Shown: positions 50,356 through 63,513 of the stretch, one piece after another | Layout of the letters: each line of letters begins with the position of its first letter | Numbering within the stretch: position 1 is the stretch's first letter | Origin: Felis catus | Taxonomy: Eukaryota | Assembly: GCF_018350175.1 (NCBI RefSeq) | Contig: NC_058368.1 | Span: 183,026,001-183,090,000, forward strand | Reading direction: 5' to 3' | Length of the DNA stretch: 64,000 nucleotides | Notes under the pieces: generated by a model | Databases searched by the model: none | Told to the model about the DNA's origin: nothing | What the model saw: only the letters and a program-made list of their open reading frames with translations | Position numbers and translations under genes: made by a program

Positions 50356-52303
50356 GATAAGTAATAGCAATACTCATAGAAAACTCATATGTGTGACAAA
50401 AGAACTACATGGGGTTCCCTATGGAGTCTGCTTTTTATTCTGATATATAAAGTGGCATTGTATGTTATCTCCAAGTTTCAAACCAATGAGGTCCCTACCT
50501 GTGTAAACTGTCACTTCACTCCCTCCATTTAGCAATCTTACAATTGAATTCTACATACTCTACCAGAATCGGTCTATTCAGAATGAACTAGTAGGTCATG
50601 AAATGTTCACACTGTAGATCAGGACCAAACACACGATTAAATTCCTTTTAGAAACTGCTCCTTTTGAAAGGCCACACAAAGTGACAGAAGTAATATGGAG
50701 GCAAATCTTATTTCACATCACACTGACAGATGGATATAAAATATCTATCCCAATAATTAATTCCTCAGCTGCCTTTGCCACCTATTATACGATAGATAAT
50801 TCCATTAAATATGTGCTGAGCGCATATGCTAGAGGCTCTTTGCTGCAATTTATACACATCAGTTCCTGACTCCTTTTCATGAAATTTTAAATGGTGAAAA
50901 GAAATAAACACTCTGATTACCTATATGTCTGATAAATGAATGCCGCAACAAAATTTTACAGCTAAAAAGGTTATTTACTTAAGTGAGATTTTTTGTGTGG
51001 CAATCGAAAGGTCAGATTTTTTTCTTCCATTGCTGTGAAATTGCTTCTGCTTTTTAGCGAATCTTCTAAGACGGCTCTTCTCCTTGCAGTGTTGACAAGG
51101 ACACGAGAAGGATGTGGCCTGAGGAAATCAAATGAGCAGCATAAAATCCTGGCTGGAATCGCAGGCAGCCCACAGTTTGTGGTTTTTGAAAGTCTGTCAA
51201 AAAAGTTGCGTAATATGAAAGTGGAGACAGGACTTCTGAACAAAAATCAATAGCTGGATCTTTTGAACTGCCCATGTACAAAGTTCTAATGAAAATGTCC
51301 TTGAGGGGAGTTTTAATAGTGGACTTTGAGATCAGTTTCACCACTGGTCTGATAACACTACAGAGCATTTGAAGTTTTCAAAGAATCCAAACCCTGGAAA
51401 GTTTGGCTCAAAACTGAGGATGTAAATGCCTCTGAGGGGTCTGAGAAATAGCAACCCACCGCTGAAGAATATACGATGTATGTGTTTCCTGAACCATGTC
51501 AAATTTTAGCCACAGGATACAATTTACTTCAAGGGGGTTGATAGCTCTCTAAAAAGCAGCACTCCATGTTCAAACTAATAATTGATCAGGCACCAGGTAC
51601 CATGTAGCAAAGGCATAAGGATGATAAAAATAAATCACCCAAAAGAGCTGATTAGAAGATATATTTTCTAAATATGTTTGATTTAATCTTCTGACCAGAT
51701 AGGTACCTCTATTCATTGACAGTGTTTTTCTCTCTTTTTTTCCTTTTTTCTTTCTTCTTTCCTTTCCTTTCCTTTTCCTTCTCTCCTTCTTTCTTTCCTT
51801 CTTTTTTCACATTTGTTCGTCTCCAGTCAAGCTAGAAATTATTAATGACTCTAAAAGCTGCCATGGTACAATGTACAAATCGGAAATTAAAATTTTTGGT
51901 CACTTATTGCCAATCGTTTTCTTTTCTCATCTCTAAATCTTAAATATAAAATACCTATCACTTGTGAATGAACAAGTCTTACTCAGTAGGTTGGGAAAAA
52001 ATCAAACAAAAAAACACCTATACACACACTAACATTCACAGAATCTGGCCTCCAAAATCAGAAATGTTTCAGTTCTCAATTGAGCTGCTTTTGGAAAGTT
52101 TATACTTAAGCCACCCTTGAAAATCCCAATGTACCCACCCATTAACGACAAGTAGGACTGTTTATATGGAGTGATCAGTAAATAAAACCGAATTTTTTTC
52201 TGTTATTCCCTACTATAAAACCTCTACCCCACATAGAATAGAGTAATAGTTTAAAAATTAAATTATCAACTAGTATTTAGAAGGTTGTATCATTGAACTA
52301 TTT

Positions 52304-52561
52304 CTTTTAATTTTTTTAATGTTTCTTTTCATTTAATTTTTTAAATTGTTTTTAATGTTTATTTTAATGTTTAATTTTTGAGAGAGAGAGAGAGAGAGCA
52401 CGCAGGGGAGGGGCAAAGAGAGAGGGAGACAGAATCCAAAGCAGGCTCCAGGCTCCGAGTTGTCAGCGCAGAGCCTGACATAGGGCTCAAACCCACCAGC
52501 AGTGAAATCATGACCTGAGCAGAAGTCAGACGCTTAACTGACTGAGCCACCCAGGTGTCCC
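52304..52561 (-). mobile_element. CanSINE
   Basis: TSD tgaactattt at 52294-52303 and 52562-52571. Confidence 0.95.
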
Positions 52562-52699
52562 TGAACTATTTTTAATGTTAAGTAAATATACTACATTTGT
52601 TTGACTATTAAGATAATCTGGATAGAAAGGTTGCTTTTTATTACTGGTAATTATTCGTCAAATTCACTATGGCTAAATTGTAATTTTTTTCCCTATTAG

Positions 52700-52825
52700 A
52701 CAAATGTTCTGTGAGGTGAATAGAATATTTTAAAAACAGAGACAGTTGAGTAACTTGTCCCATATTGGGATTCAAGCCTGGACTATGTGACTCCTGAGCC
52801 CAAGCCCTCAGTCAACATTTATCCA
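52700..52825 (-). mobile_element. MIR fragment
   Basis: gttgagtaacttgtccca...gggattcaagcctggactatgtgactcc. Confidence 0.7.
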
Positions 52826-52955
52826 TAACACTTCTATAAACTCCCCAAATAAGCTATTCAGACTCCAAGAAAAATAGAACAGATTGTATCACCTAATAGT
52901 TCTGTGTCAGAAATCAGCAGCCATCAGTGATGTTGTGAGTCTCACTTTCAGTTAC

Positions 52956-53415
52956 TGTCTTAGGCTGGGCTCCTCAGACATAGTTTGAAACAGGAGGCTT
53001 GTGCAGGTGATTTGTTGAGGGATTTCTTGGAAACAAACCCCAAAGCATAAACCCATATGAAAGTAAGAAGAACAGAAAAAAGAAAAAAAAAAAAGCCAAG
53101 CAAAATGTGGCTGAAATCTAGCCTCAGCCTGACCCCATAGGGAGCTCTGGAGCATGATAAATATCACAGAGTTAGTGCACCTTGGCACAAGAGGGCCAGG
53201 CATTATCAGTCATATGCTATCACCTGCCCTGCTAGTAGGGGGCAGAGGCATAAACTCACAGGTAACTCCGTGTAAAGTGACTCCTGTCAGGCAAGGGCAA
53301 TTCTCCAGAGAAAAGTACCTCTGTGTGTTACTTAGCATCAATAATCACAATAGCTGGGGGAAAGGTGTCCTGTCAAATAAATGATGTGGGAAGGACAACA
53401 GCAGTGTCTGCTCTA
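52956..53415 (-). mobile_element. ERVL solo LTR (LTR16-like), near complete
   Basis: tgtcttaggctgggctcc...gtgcaggtgatttgttgaggg...gggagctctggagc...cagtgtctgctcta. Confidence 0.75.
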
Positions 53416-54176
53416 GGTAGGAAGACAAGGTAGGAGGAGGTTGCTTGACAAAGGACATCATCAATGTACTTTGTTTTCCAGTGTAACTACCAGTATCCTG
53501 GAGGATGAAACCTCTTCTCCCAGTGTAGTACTAATGCTGTTCTTGATTAAATATTTCTTAATCCCTTAAGGTCTTAGGTATCTCAATAGTAAAATGTGCT
53601 TTGTGAACCAGATTATCTCTAAAGTGGATTATAGTTTTCAAAATTATGACTCAATGTCCATAATTTTCTTCCTAGAATATTTTTTTCTTTCCCCAAAGTT
53701 AATTGGCATTTCCTATGTCTAAGGTCTAATTAGAAGTTTCCAAGAATAAGAATTAGGCTCTCTGAAGGAACAGGAATTTCGTTTTTAACCATGGGAATAA
53801 TCTGCACTTTATATGCTATTCAACTGCTATTCACATGTGTTTAGATTTTATGAAATTGCTACAAACTCAGTAAGTCTTATTCACTTTAATATTTTTTTCC
53901 TAAAATTGGCCTCAAGGAATGTGTTCTCTAGACCAGTGGAGTATATACCATCATTTTTCCTGAAAATCAATGCTGAAAAGAGGAACTATCTTTGAATCAT
54001 ATTTCCCAACTCTTATCATATCACACTTTCCTTCATACACTTCTACTTATTGCCAATATTTGTGTCACATGCTTAACCCTTGATGGCTATATTATCAATG
54101 GTCCCATTCCTCTCTCTTGATCCATTTTAGGTGTTGTTGCAAGATGTCTGTCTGCAGCTACACCTTTTTATAGAAT

Positions 54177-54450
54177 CCTCACCACTAAAAATGGGAAATA
54201 GATAAATGAAAACAAAAATAAAAACAAAAAAAAGTCCCTAGAGAAAAAAGAAAAAAGAAAGGTAACTGTGAGGTGATGGATGTGTTAACTAGCTTTATCG
54301 CAATGATCATTGTACAATATGCCATATACCAAAACGTCAACTTGTACCCCTTAAGTACATATAATTTCTATTTGTCAATTATATTCTAATAAAGCTAAAA
54401 AAATAGTTAAATAATTTTAAAAAGTAAAACAAAACAAAACAAAAAAACAA
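54177..54450 (+). mobile_element. L1MA-like extreme 3' end inserted in an L2 remnant
   Basis: ggtaactgtgaggtgatggatgtgttaactag...tttgtcaattatattctaataaagct plus A tail. Confidence 0.85.
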
Positions 54451-54534
54451 ATAACTCCTCAAAGTTCTTTTATGTTGGCATCGAATAACATTCAAAAGAA
54501 ATGTTTCAAGGCTATGTTACAACTTTATCTATAA

Positions 54535-54795
54535 GAGAAGGTATAGTGTAGGGTTAAGGGCACAGACTGTGCAGACAGACTGGGTTAGAATTACTGCATT
54601 ACCAGTAAATGCTGTATGATTCAGGGAAAGTTATTCTACTTTTTTCTTTCATTTTTTTTCAATTACAAAATGGAGATAATAAAAGTACCTATGGTACTGG
54701 GATGTCACATTATAATAGTTCACAATGCAAAGTGTTTAGATCAGTGCCTAACACATAATAAAAACCCAACAAAAATACTATTAATTATTATCCTT
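54535..54795 (+). mobile_element. MIR, near full length
   Basis: gtatagtgtagggttaagggcacagact...aaaatggagataataaaagtacct...cagtgcctaacacataata. Confidence 0.85.
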
Positions 54796-54859
54796 GTTGC
54801 AAACAGATCTATCCAATATCCGGAAATACCCCTTACATTCAAATATTTTCAAATATTCA

Positions 54860-54985
54860 CTTCTTCATTAATTCTTCAACAGCTATTTAGTAACACCTAA
54901 TTTGTACAATGAGTCCAGTACCAGTTTAGTGGTATAAGAAACAAGGACAATTCTGCCTTCATGTAAATTAGAGTCTAAATGTAAA
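54860..54985 (-). mobile_element. L2 3' end
   Basis: ttcattaattcttcaacagctatttagtaacacct...ctgccttcatgtaaattagagtcta. Confidence 0.65.
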
Positions 54986-55014
54986 GCTAACAATAATAAG
55001 TAATGCCAATAACT

Positions 55015-55345
55015 GTCCACATGCCCATACTGTGTTCTTCCTTTCTCTCACTTGTAATACTTTTCTTCTCATTTTCTACCCATTGATTTCTAACCCATTT
55101 TTTTCAAGACCTAGCACAAACCCAAGGAATTTACTTGGAAGAGAGTGCTCCAATAGAATCATTTTTTATATCATTTTATAACACTAAGTGTTATACTCAG
55201 TACTATACTATCCAATTGTGTTCCATTGTACTATGGACTTATTTATTCATACATTCTTATGGCTTCTTTAAGAATGTAAACCACAGAAATCACAAGGGCA
55301 GAGATCAAGATATTCTCTTGTTTTTCTTCAAATTCCTAATAATGC
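55015..55345 (+). mobile_element. L2 3' region
   Basis: ttcaagacctagcacaaa; gaatgtaaac...aagggcagagatc. Confidence 0.55.
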
Positions 55346-56177
55346 AATGAATCAAAACTGTGAAAAAACAGACTAATGGGTTAGTGATCAATCTTTCAAT
55401 TTATATACTCAGAGATTATAGTTTAATGGTCTGTTGCCACAGATATTTTCTAGCCTGCTTTGTAGAGATGCACTAAATAGTCTTGTTTGTCAAAGAAAGA
55501 ATATGAGTGCTCAGATCTATTCCACTGGCAAAGGAGAACTTAAATGAGAAGAACCAGAGAACACAGAAGACTAAATCTCTGATTTCTCCAATGTAAAGAA
55601 AGAGAAAACTAAAGGTCCTTGTTACTGAAAGTACAGCCTTTGAAAATAGGGAGCTCTTTCTTCAAGATGGAGAAGAATTTGTCTAGCTTAGAGCTGGCCA
55701 AACATACTACAAAGACCTAGGATAAAGGGCATCATTAACTTCAGATCATGAGCAAGTGAAGGGATTTTTCAGAACATCTCTGAGTCTTGCCATAGAAGCA
55801 GAATTCTAGCCTGCCATACCAGCTATCACATATCTTGAGCTCTAGCTCAGGATACATGCCCTTATTTCATTTCATCCCACTTGCAGGCCAGGGATAGAGC
55901 ATTAGTCCTAGAATCCCTCTCATCCCATCTCATTTAATCCCTTCTTTATACAACCCTTCCCCTCCCTTGGATTCTTGAACCATCTCAGTTTCACCTCAGC
56001 TGGGAATCCCAAATATTTACATTCCTTAGGTACTTTATTTATTAGGGGCCTACTTTAACCATGTATTGTTCTCTGAACTTGAGATATAACAAAAAACCAA
56101 AGAGACAATTTATAAGACCCATAAGGACGTTATATTCAAACAGAGGGAGGCAAAAATAAACAACTACTACTAGTTCC

Positions 56178-56178
56178 C

Positions 56179-56238
<60 letters not shown>

Positions 56239-56260
56239 CAAGAGAGACAGAGAGAGAGAC
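56178..56260. repeat. Compound (CT)n(CA)n then GA-rich microsatellite, within a probable minus-strand L2 remnant
   Basis: Direct inspection. Confidence 0.95.
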
Positions 56261-56381
56261 ACTTAAAAGAGCTGAGGGGAAAAAGAGACAGGATAAAAGG
56301 ATGCAATACCAATTTGATGGTCATAGGATAGAGGGAATGATCACTATTTTATATGGAGTGGTCTAGGCAGGCTTCCTTTTA

Positions 56382-56622
56382 TATAGTAGTTAAGAATCCA
56401 GGATCTAGAATTACATTTCCTGGATATGAATCTCAGATCCAACATTAATTAGTCTTAGGATCTTTGGATTTTTTTTCCTTTTAGATTTTAGTATCTTACT
56501 TTAAAAATTGAATGTAAAATAATATTGACTATATAAAGTTACTGTAAGGATTAAATGAGATGCTATATGCCTGATGCTTAGAAAAGGGGGCTAGCATATA
56601 TTAAATACTATTATTGTTATTG
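56382..56622 (+). mobile_element. MIR
   Basis: atagtagttaagaatccagg...gtaaggattaaatgagatgctatatg. Confidence 0.75.
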
Positions 56623-56822
56623 TTTTTAGATCAAATCTAACTGCCAACTCCTAAAAAATCTTAAACAAAATCCACCCTTTTGTAAGAGTTTGGATATATT
56701 TGGAGAAAAAGTGATTCAAGGCAATTTGACTGAGCATCTTATTATCTAGTAACCTAGGGTTTTCTTATTCATGATGGATATGATGCAGTTAAAATATTAT
56801 TGATGTTTAAAGGAATACATCC

Positions 56823-57013
56823 AGGAGCACCTGGGTGGTTCAGTCCATTAGGCATCTGACTTCAGCTCAGGTCATGATCTCACCATTTGTGAGTTCAGTA
56901 TTGGGCTCTGTGCTGACAGCCTGTTTTAGATTCTATGTCTCCCTCTCTCTCTGCCCCTCACCTGCTCACACTCTGCCTTTGTCACTCTCAAAAATAAATA
57001 AACATTAAAAAAA
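56823..57013 (+). mobile_element. CanSINE
   Basis: ggagcacctgggtggttcagtc head, CT tract, aaaataaataaacattaaaaaaa tail. Confidence 0.92.
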
Positions 57014-57537
57014 TTTGTGTTTAAATATAGTAATACATTCACACAAACTAAGGTATAATATGTAGATGATCCTATTCCAAAGGAAAAGAACTGGGGAAAC
57101 AAGTTAAAGGGGAAAGAAATAGAACTCTCCACATTAGGAATATTTCATTTACTAAGAGCCATACTTGAATTTGGATTTCTTCATAAATTATAAATGTGTT
57201 CCTGTTATCCCATTTTTTGCATAATAGGATAATATCAGCTATCCACATATTCAGGCCTCAAAGTAATTGGCATTCTCCGTGACCTCTTGTAATTTATTCC
57301 CCCAGACAACCAGTGGATGCTGAGGAGAACAACCAAAACCATGATTTTTTTTTTTTTTGCATTAGTTGTTAGAGAATACTATCTTGTTTTCATACCTTCC
57401 ACCAAGGGAAGAGAATTCCAATGGACTGACTCTTTCATCTATAATGCATTTGAATCAATTCGATACCAAGCAGGGAAGAAGATAAGAAATTAATCATCAC
57501 CTGCTTGGTTAAATTTATAAAGTCCACTTTCTTTCCT

Positions 57538-57762
57538 TTTATTTTTTTTAATTTTTTTAAAATGCTCTATTTATTTTTAAGACAGAGAGATACAGAGCAT
57601 GAGTGGGGATGGGGCAGAGAGAGAAGGAGACACAGAATCTGAAGCAGGCTCCAGGCTCTGAACTGTCAGCCCAGAGCCCACGCGGGACTCAAACTCACGA
57701 ACTGTGAGATCATGACGTAGGCCGAAGTCAGACGCTCAACTGACTGAGCCACCCGGGTGCCC
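57538..57762 (-). mobile_element. CanSINE
   Basis: TSD gtccactttctttcct at 57522-57537 and 57764-57779. Confidence 0.96.
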
Positions 57763-59309
57763 TGTCCACTTTCTTTCCTGATGAACATTCACTTAGTTTT
57801 AATTGAACCAGTACTTAAATACCACAAGTAGACAAAAGTCTTTGGAGAGACTCTTCCACCACCAACATTAAAATATTTTCTGTTTTAACTACTAAGTATG
57901 TCATGGTTTCCTATTACTGTAATAAATGTAAGGCAGAAATATAAGTGATTCAAGGACAGTTGGAAATGATAAAGATTTTTGTCATTATTCTCATCCGCTA
58001 ATCTGTTTTGAAACACAAAATGTAAATCCACAAGGGGATGCTTAATATAAAATAATGAAAAATGAATGAAATGAATTTTTCATTATGTTTTTCAAACTAG
58101 CAAAATATACAAAGAAGCAAGTTTTCTGCTCTGCTAAAAACAAATCAGAAGACCACCAGAAAATTAAAATAAAACACAACACTAGAATTATTTTTAAAAA
58201 TGCAATTTAAACTCAAATAAAATGTCAGCTAGGTTTTTTTGACTGAAGTAAGCAGATGTATTAAAGAAGGGCAAAAACTACCCATTACTAAAAAAGAATG
58301 AGCAAACTCCCTGCATATAGGACATTTGAATGCTGATGTGATTTCATTAAAAAGGTAAGTAGTAGTTATTCCACTCAGTCAGGAAGTACCGTGCAACACT
58401 GTGCTTCTCTCAATTAACATGAGCAAAATTATCTATATCATACTTTCTCTCTAACTATATGGATACTACTTCCATTATTATTTTTAAATTAAAATGTGAT
58501 AATTTTTATTATGGCCAAAAGACACTACATGACACTTTATCAAGAGTGGATTTGTCCGTCTATATCTAACAAGTTTTTAAAGAATGCCTTGTCAAAATTT
58601 CTCCCTACAACAAACCACTCTCAAATCTACTTCCATGGAAATCCTGATCTGGCCAGTAATCCATCAAAGATCAAAGCAATAGAATCCTACAAAGAACCTG
58701 ATCCGTACAAGCTTGGACAGGGTGGAAGGATCTGTGACCTTTGAGGCTGAACAGAGCCTCTGAAACCAATAGCTTTAGACTTTGAAGTTGCAGGGCTTGT
58801 TGAAGTAAAAAATCAGCTTATAGCACAGGGGAGAGGGCAGAGCAGGAGAAAGAAGAATAAATACATCTTCATAACTTTGAATTGGTGAACTTCCCTAGTA
58901 AGGGAGAAATTATCTTAATTTGGGGATAAATTAACTCAGTTATTTTCCATTAGATATCTTCCTTTTAGCATAAGGTGTGAACACCTTCTCTTCTTACATC
59001 TTATGCTATCACCACACAATGAAATACAGGAGACTTGTTGAGCAATGTCCTGGAGAGCCCTAAATTGGCCTTCAAAGGTAATAATTTAAGTAATAATTTG
59101 CAATGTAAGAAAACTACTGTTCAGTGAATCCAACTTGTTGATTATTAGCAACTGCATGAGATCAGAATGAAGGATAGAGAACCAGAAATTACATTTTTGT
59201 GGAAATATAATATAGGATGCTCCACTAAAGTGGCCTGGGTCAGGAGCAAGTAGACTGGAACACTTCAACTTGACAGATATCTGTTCTACATTATTTTATT
59301 TCACTAGCA

Positions 59310-59620
59310 GCAGAAAATCCTGTTAAAAAGAATGAACGTATCAACAACAACAAAAAATGATATGGAAAGATAGCCATGATGTATTAAGTAAAACAAATAA
59401 GCACATTGCTAAACTTGGCCTCATTTTTATCAAAGTCTGCTTATTAGTGAACATATAGAGCAAAAGTCTAGCCAAATATACATAGGAACTATTAGCAGTA
59501 ATTAGCAATGATTATCTCTGGGAATGAGATTATGGAAGTTTTAAAATTTCTGTATTGCATTCTGAAATGTCTAAATTTATTTTGTAACATGAGTGTTACT
59601 TTGGTAATCAGGAAAAAAAA
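59310..59620 (+). mobile_element. L1ME-like 3' end
   Basis: gatatggaaagatagccatgatgtattaagt...ttatctctgggaatgagattatgg...ttactttggtaatcaggaaaaaa. Confidence 0.75.
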
Positions 59621-59719
59621 GATATTTTAAATTTCATAAAGATGGCATTTATAATAAATTGTTGTCTTTCCAGCAACTGTCCCTTTTCCCCCACAGGATC
59701 TTTTCTATTCATTATCCAT

Positions 59720-59878
59720 GTGACTTAATTTTAATTCCTATCTTACCAGTGAGAAAAAGTGAAACCCAGAGTAGTTCAATGATATATCCTTGAACATAGC
59801 TCTAACAGGGAAGCCACCAAGAATTTGAATTCAGGTCTTGAAATTCTACACTAATAAGTTTTTCCCCTTGTCTACATT
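59720..59878 (-). mobile_element. MIR
   Basis: cctatcttaccagtgagaaaaagtgaaacccagag...gaatttgaattcaggtct. Confidence 0.65.
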
Positions 59879-59919
59879 ATGAAATAGACATGTTACCTTA
59901 AGGTTATTAAACTCAAGTA

Positions 59920-61135
59920 AGGGAATCCAGGGCATAGTTTAATCTATTTAAATTTGATTTCATAATATCACAGGAAAAAAAAAACAGTAGGTATAACACA
60001 TTGTTTCAAATAGAGAAGCTACTACAAGAGTTTTGAGAGACTTATAAAAGTAACATGTGATAGTGCAATTAGGATAGGTCCTAATGAAGAAGAAATTAAA
60101 AAATGCATTGTAAATGAAAACCACAAGAGGATACAAAAGGATCAGAACCTTCAGGAATGAAAAGAAATGGTTGCCTGGATTATAAAAACAGTAATAGGAA
60201 AACGAAAACTCAAAATGAATTAAGCTGGTGAATAATGTTAAACGTAACAATTGGCAATTTTATAATATTCAAAATAGGAACAACTACCAGGCAAAGAACT
60301 GATGCTTCATGAAGTATAAATGGTATAATACAGTCTTGCACTATTTTTATTCAATATATTTGTCAAGAAAATGATATTCAGACTGGGAAATGTAGAGTAA
60401 TAACTGAAGCCCAATTAAGTGGATAAATTATTTTTAAGTCTATCTAAATGAGTTCAGAGACAGATGAATTGTATTCCAGGGTCTTGAAAGAACTTATAAA
60501 TGTGATTGCTGGAAGATAGGCAATTTTAAAAACATTTTATGTAAGGATAGTTTCTAAAACATGAAGAATCTGACATGAAATAAACGGTTGGTCAGAGAGC
60601 TTGTAAATGACTGTGAAGATGTCAAACAGCACAATGCATGAATATTTAGAAAAGCAAAGAATAGTATGCAATACCAAAATGCTTGTGCCATGACTGGTTT
60701 ATTATATTTTTTGGTAAAGGAACTAGACTTATAGAAAATAAGGTAAACACAGTATATATGGAGTTAAGAAGGCATTTAACAACACAGTTCATGATATACT
60801 TACAGAAGATGACTGAGAGGCATGCTTGGATAATGATGTAATTAGATTCACAGTTGGTACTAAATCCTTATCTTAAGTGTCCTGAAAAAAGGATAGGTAA
60901 CAACCTGGAGAAATTTATCTAGGGTCCTGATGTATAACTTCACTTCTAAGTCTATTTGAACTTATCCTGGCACCAGACAACATTTCTAGATGAGTTACAT
61001 AAGGACATTAACCCAATACTGACTATGCAACATTTGTATATAATCTTAATATGGAAGGTCTAAAATCGTGAGAATGATAGATCCAATCTAATGATGACAC
61101 TTAATCAGTAAATGTAATTCCTGCACTTTGATGTA
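59920..61135 (+). mobile_element. L3/CR1 LINE, decayed RT region
   Basis: ctaaatgagttc...cagatgaattgtattccagggtcttgaaagaactt...atgtgattgctg (DELHPRVLKEL-like); aaggcatttaacaac...tcatgatatactt (KAFDxVxHDIL-like); aaatgtaa...cctgcactt. Confidence 0.75.
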
Positions 61136-61377
61136 TTAATAAACAACTGTAATATATTAATATTGTAATTAATGTAATATATGTAATATAATTAATAAAC
61201 AACTGTATACATATATATGATTGTTGGCAGATAGGCAATTTTAAAAACATTTTATATAAGGATAGTTTCTAAAACATGAAGAATCTGCCATGAAATAAAC
61301 GGTTGGTCAGAGAGCCTATAAATGACTACTCATATATACATGTGGATTACATGCAAATATATATATTTGTAGGGAAC

Positions 61378-61378
<1 letters not shown>

Positions 61379-61427
<49 letters not shown>
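61379..61427. repeat. (TC)n microsatellite
   Basis: Direct inspection. Confidence 0.95.
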
Positions 61428-61431
<4 letters not shown>

Positions 61432-61432
<1 letters not shown>

Positions 61433-61890
61433 TGTCCCAAATATATAAATTCTCCACCTAAAAGCACCATGGTTTTCCATTAAGGAACCAGTTTGCTCAA
61501 CCCTTAGACCCCTATCTGATGCTTGACGTCTGATTCCTGGATATGAGTATGTGACTCAGAGCAGACAATGAGAAAACTTGACTCCCTGTAGGCACAGGGA
61601 TTGGTACACTCAGGAAAATAGCACTGATGGATGAATGAAACCATCTCTAAGATTTTTGCTAGAACTGTTGAGAAGAAGACTTTCCACTGAGGTTGCTCAG
61701 CTGTAGGAATATAAGTCTGGATCTTCTGATAGCTATCTTAGTAGCCTAAGGGAAGAACTTGCCAGAGAATCATGCCAACATAAAGGAAAGACAAAGTGGG
61801 AGTTGATAAGATGGGGATTCCTGATGGCATTGTTTTAAACTAGGATCTAGACATGCCTAAAGTCAGAGACCAAACATGGATTGTTATTTA
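61432..61890 (+). mobile_element. MaLR LTR (MLT1J/K-like)
   Basis: ggcacagggattgg; gatttttgctagaactgttgagaaga; gagaatcatgccaacataaaggaa; cctgatggcattgttt...ggatctagacatgcctaaag. Confidence 0.7.
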
Positions 61891-62229
61891 CAATTCTGAG
61901 TCACGCGTTCCAAATACAAGTAAAGACAAACTGAAGAATATGACATAGCAAATTCAATTATCTTGTGATAGGCTTAACTAATCGGTAAAATGTGCTTTTA
62001 AACCTTAAATATTATTTCAAAAATTATTTATAATGTCTACTTAAACCCAGCTTCTTACTTTTGATTAGGAACTATATATGCTCCTATATAAAATTATGAT
62101 GAGGCTCTGAGCTCATTATTTTAAAAGAATCAATTCTTTCATTAAATAAACTACTACTGTTTGACAACTAAGTATCAAAAATACCTTAATTCAAGTAACA
62201 TGTAATTGGGTTATTACTGTAAGTTTTAA

Positions 62230-63075
62230 AACTATTGCACATGTCAAAATAAACTTAAAAAGTTTTAAAAGATAATTCAGTAAGATTTTTAAATATACAT
62301 TTCAAACTTCTTTTTTGACAAAAATACACAAAATGATAAGGTACTAAGCAATAAGAAAGAATATGTGAAATAAACAAAGTGCTATTATAACTGTTAAAGA
62401 ATGGTTTTAAAACAAGAAAAGAAAAAAAGATGAGCAAAAAAGATAAAAAGTTCCTTAACTATAATGGAAATGGATCATATATCAAAATTAATTACAGAAA
62501 ACACAATTACTCAAAAATGTATTAAAAAATTAAACTGTATGAATATAAAAATTATTCTAATTTAAAAATGAGATTATTTTGCCCACTTGACAAAGATTGT
62601 TAAACTTTGTTATTTTGTTCCCAACAGTTGATGGAAGCATAAAAAGCATAAACTTTTTTTGAAAGCAATTTAATAAATTTATCAAAGTTCAAATTATGAT
62701 AATATTCTTTGACTTAGTTATCACACTATTTAGATTACATACTGAAGAAAATAAGCAATACAGAGGACATTTGTTGCACCATTATTTATGCTATTAAAAA
62801 TGAACAGCAAACTATTCAGAAAGAGAAAAAATATTTTAAGTTATTTTAATTTATACAATTGGACACTATATAACCATTAGAAGTCACTACCCTCAAAAAA
62901 TAGATATACATTACAGTGCTAAATTCAAAAAAAATGCACATGTTATGATTCCCAATTTTATGTTAAAAATTCCAATTTTTAAGCATTTTAAATGGCTGCT
63001 AATAAATATGTCAAAGCATATTGTTAATTGAGTATATGTGGTTTTCTTTTGTAAATATTATCACATTAAGAAAAT
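62230..63075 (+). mobile_element. Highly decayed L1ME-like 3' region
   Basis: gaaagcaatttaataaatttatcaaa...ctttgacttagttatcacact; ttgttgcaccattatttat. Confidence 0.55.
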
Positions 63076-63079
63076 TCCC

Positions 63080-63463
63080 CTACCCTAAGCATAGAATTTA
63101 TGAAATCCCCGAAACCAACTTAGACTTCTCCCAGGCCGTACATCAGAAAATAAGGAGTTACTATCATGACCTCTAACACTATAAATTAGTTTTACCTGTT
63201 TTCAAATTTCATACAAATGGAACAGTGTGATATTACTCTTTGGGACTTCGGCTAAATATCACGTTCATGAATGAAATGTATCCATGTTGGGGTATGAAAT
63301 TTTCAATAAAGCATTTTCATTGCTTTATTGTATTTCATTCTGTGAATGCACTATAGTACATTTATATCAATTCTACTGTTGATGAACATTTGGGTAGTTT
63401 CCAGTTTTAGTTATTACTGATAGTGCTGCTATGAAGATTCTCAATGTTCATGTCTTACAGAGG

Positions 63464-63513
<50 letters not shown>

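Noticed and set aside
51725..51807. Long polypyrimidine tract as a splice acceptor
   Set aside because: Low-complexity CT-rich repeat; the sequence after the downstream AG shows no exon-like ORF or donor.
56625..56810. Possible minus-strand L1 ORF2 remnant
   Set aside because: Similarity is too weak to call without an alignment.
58661..58677. Tandem ATCAAAG TCF/LEF motifs (also ACATCAAAGG near 8740)
   Set aside because: Short motifs are expected by chance in 64 kb of AT-rich DNA and have no supporting context.
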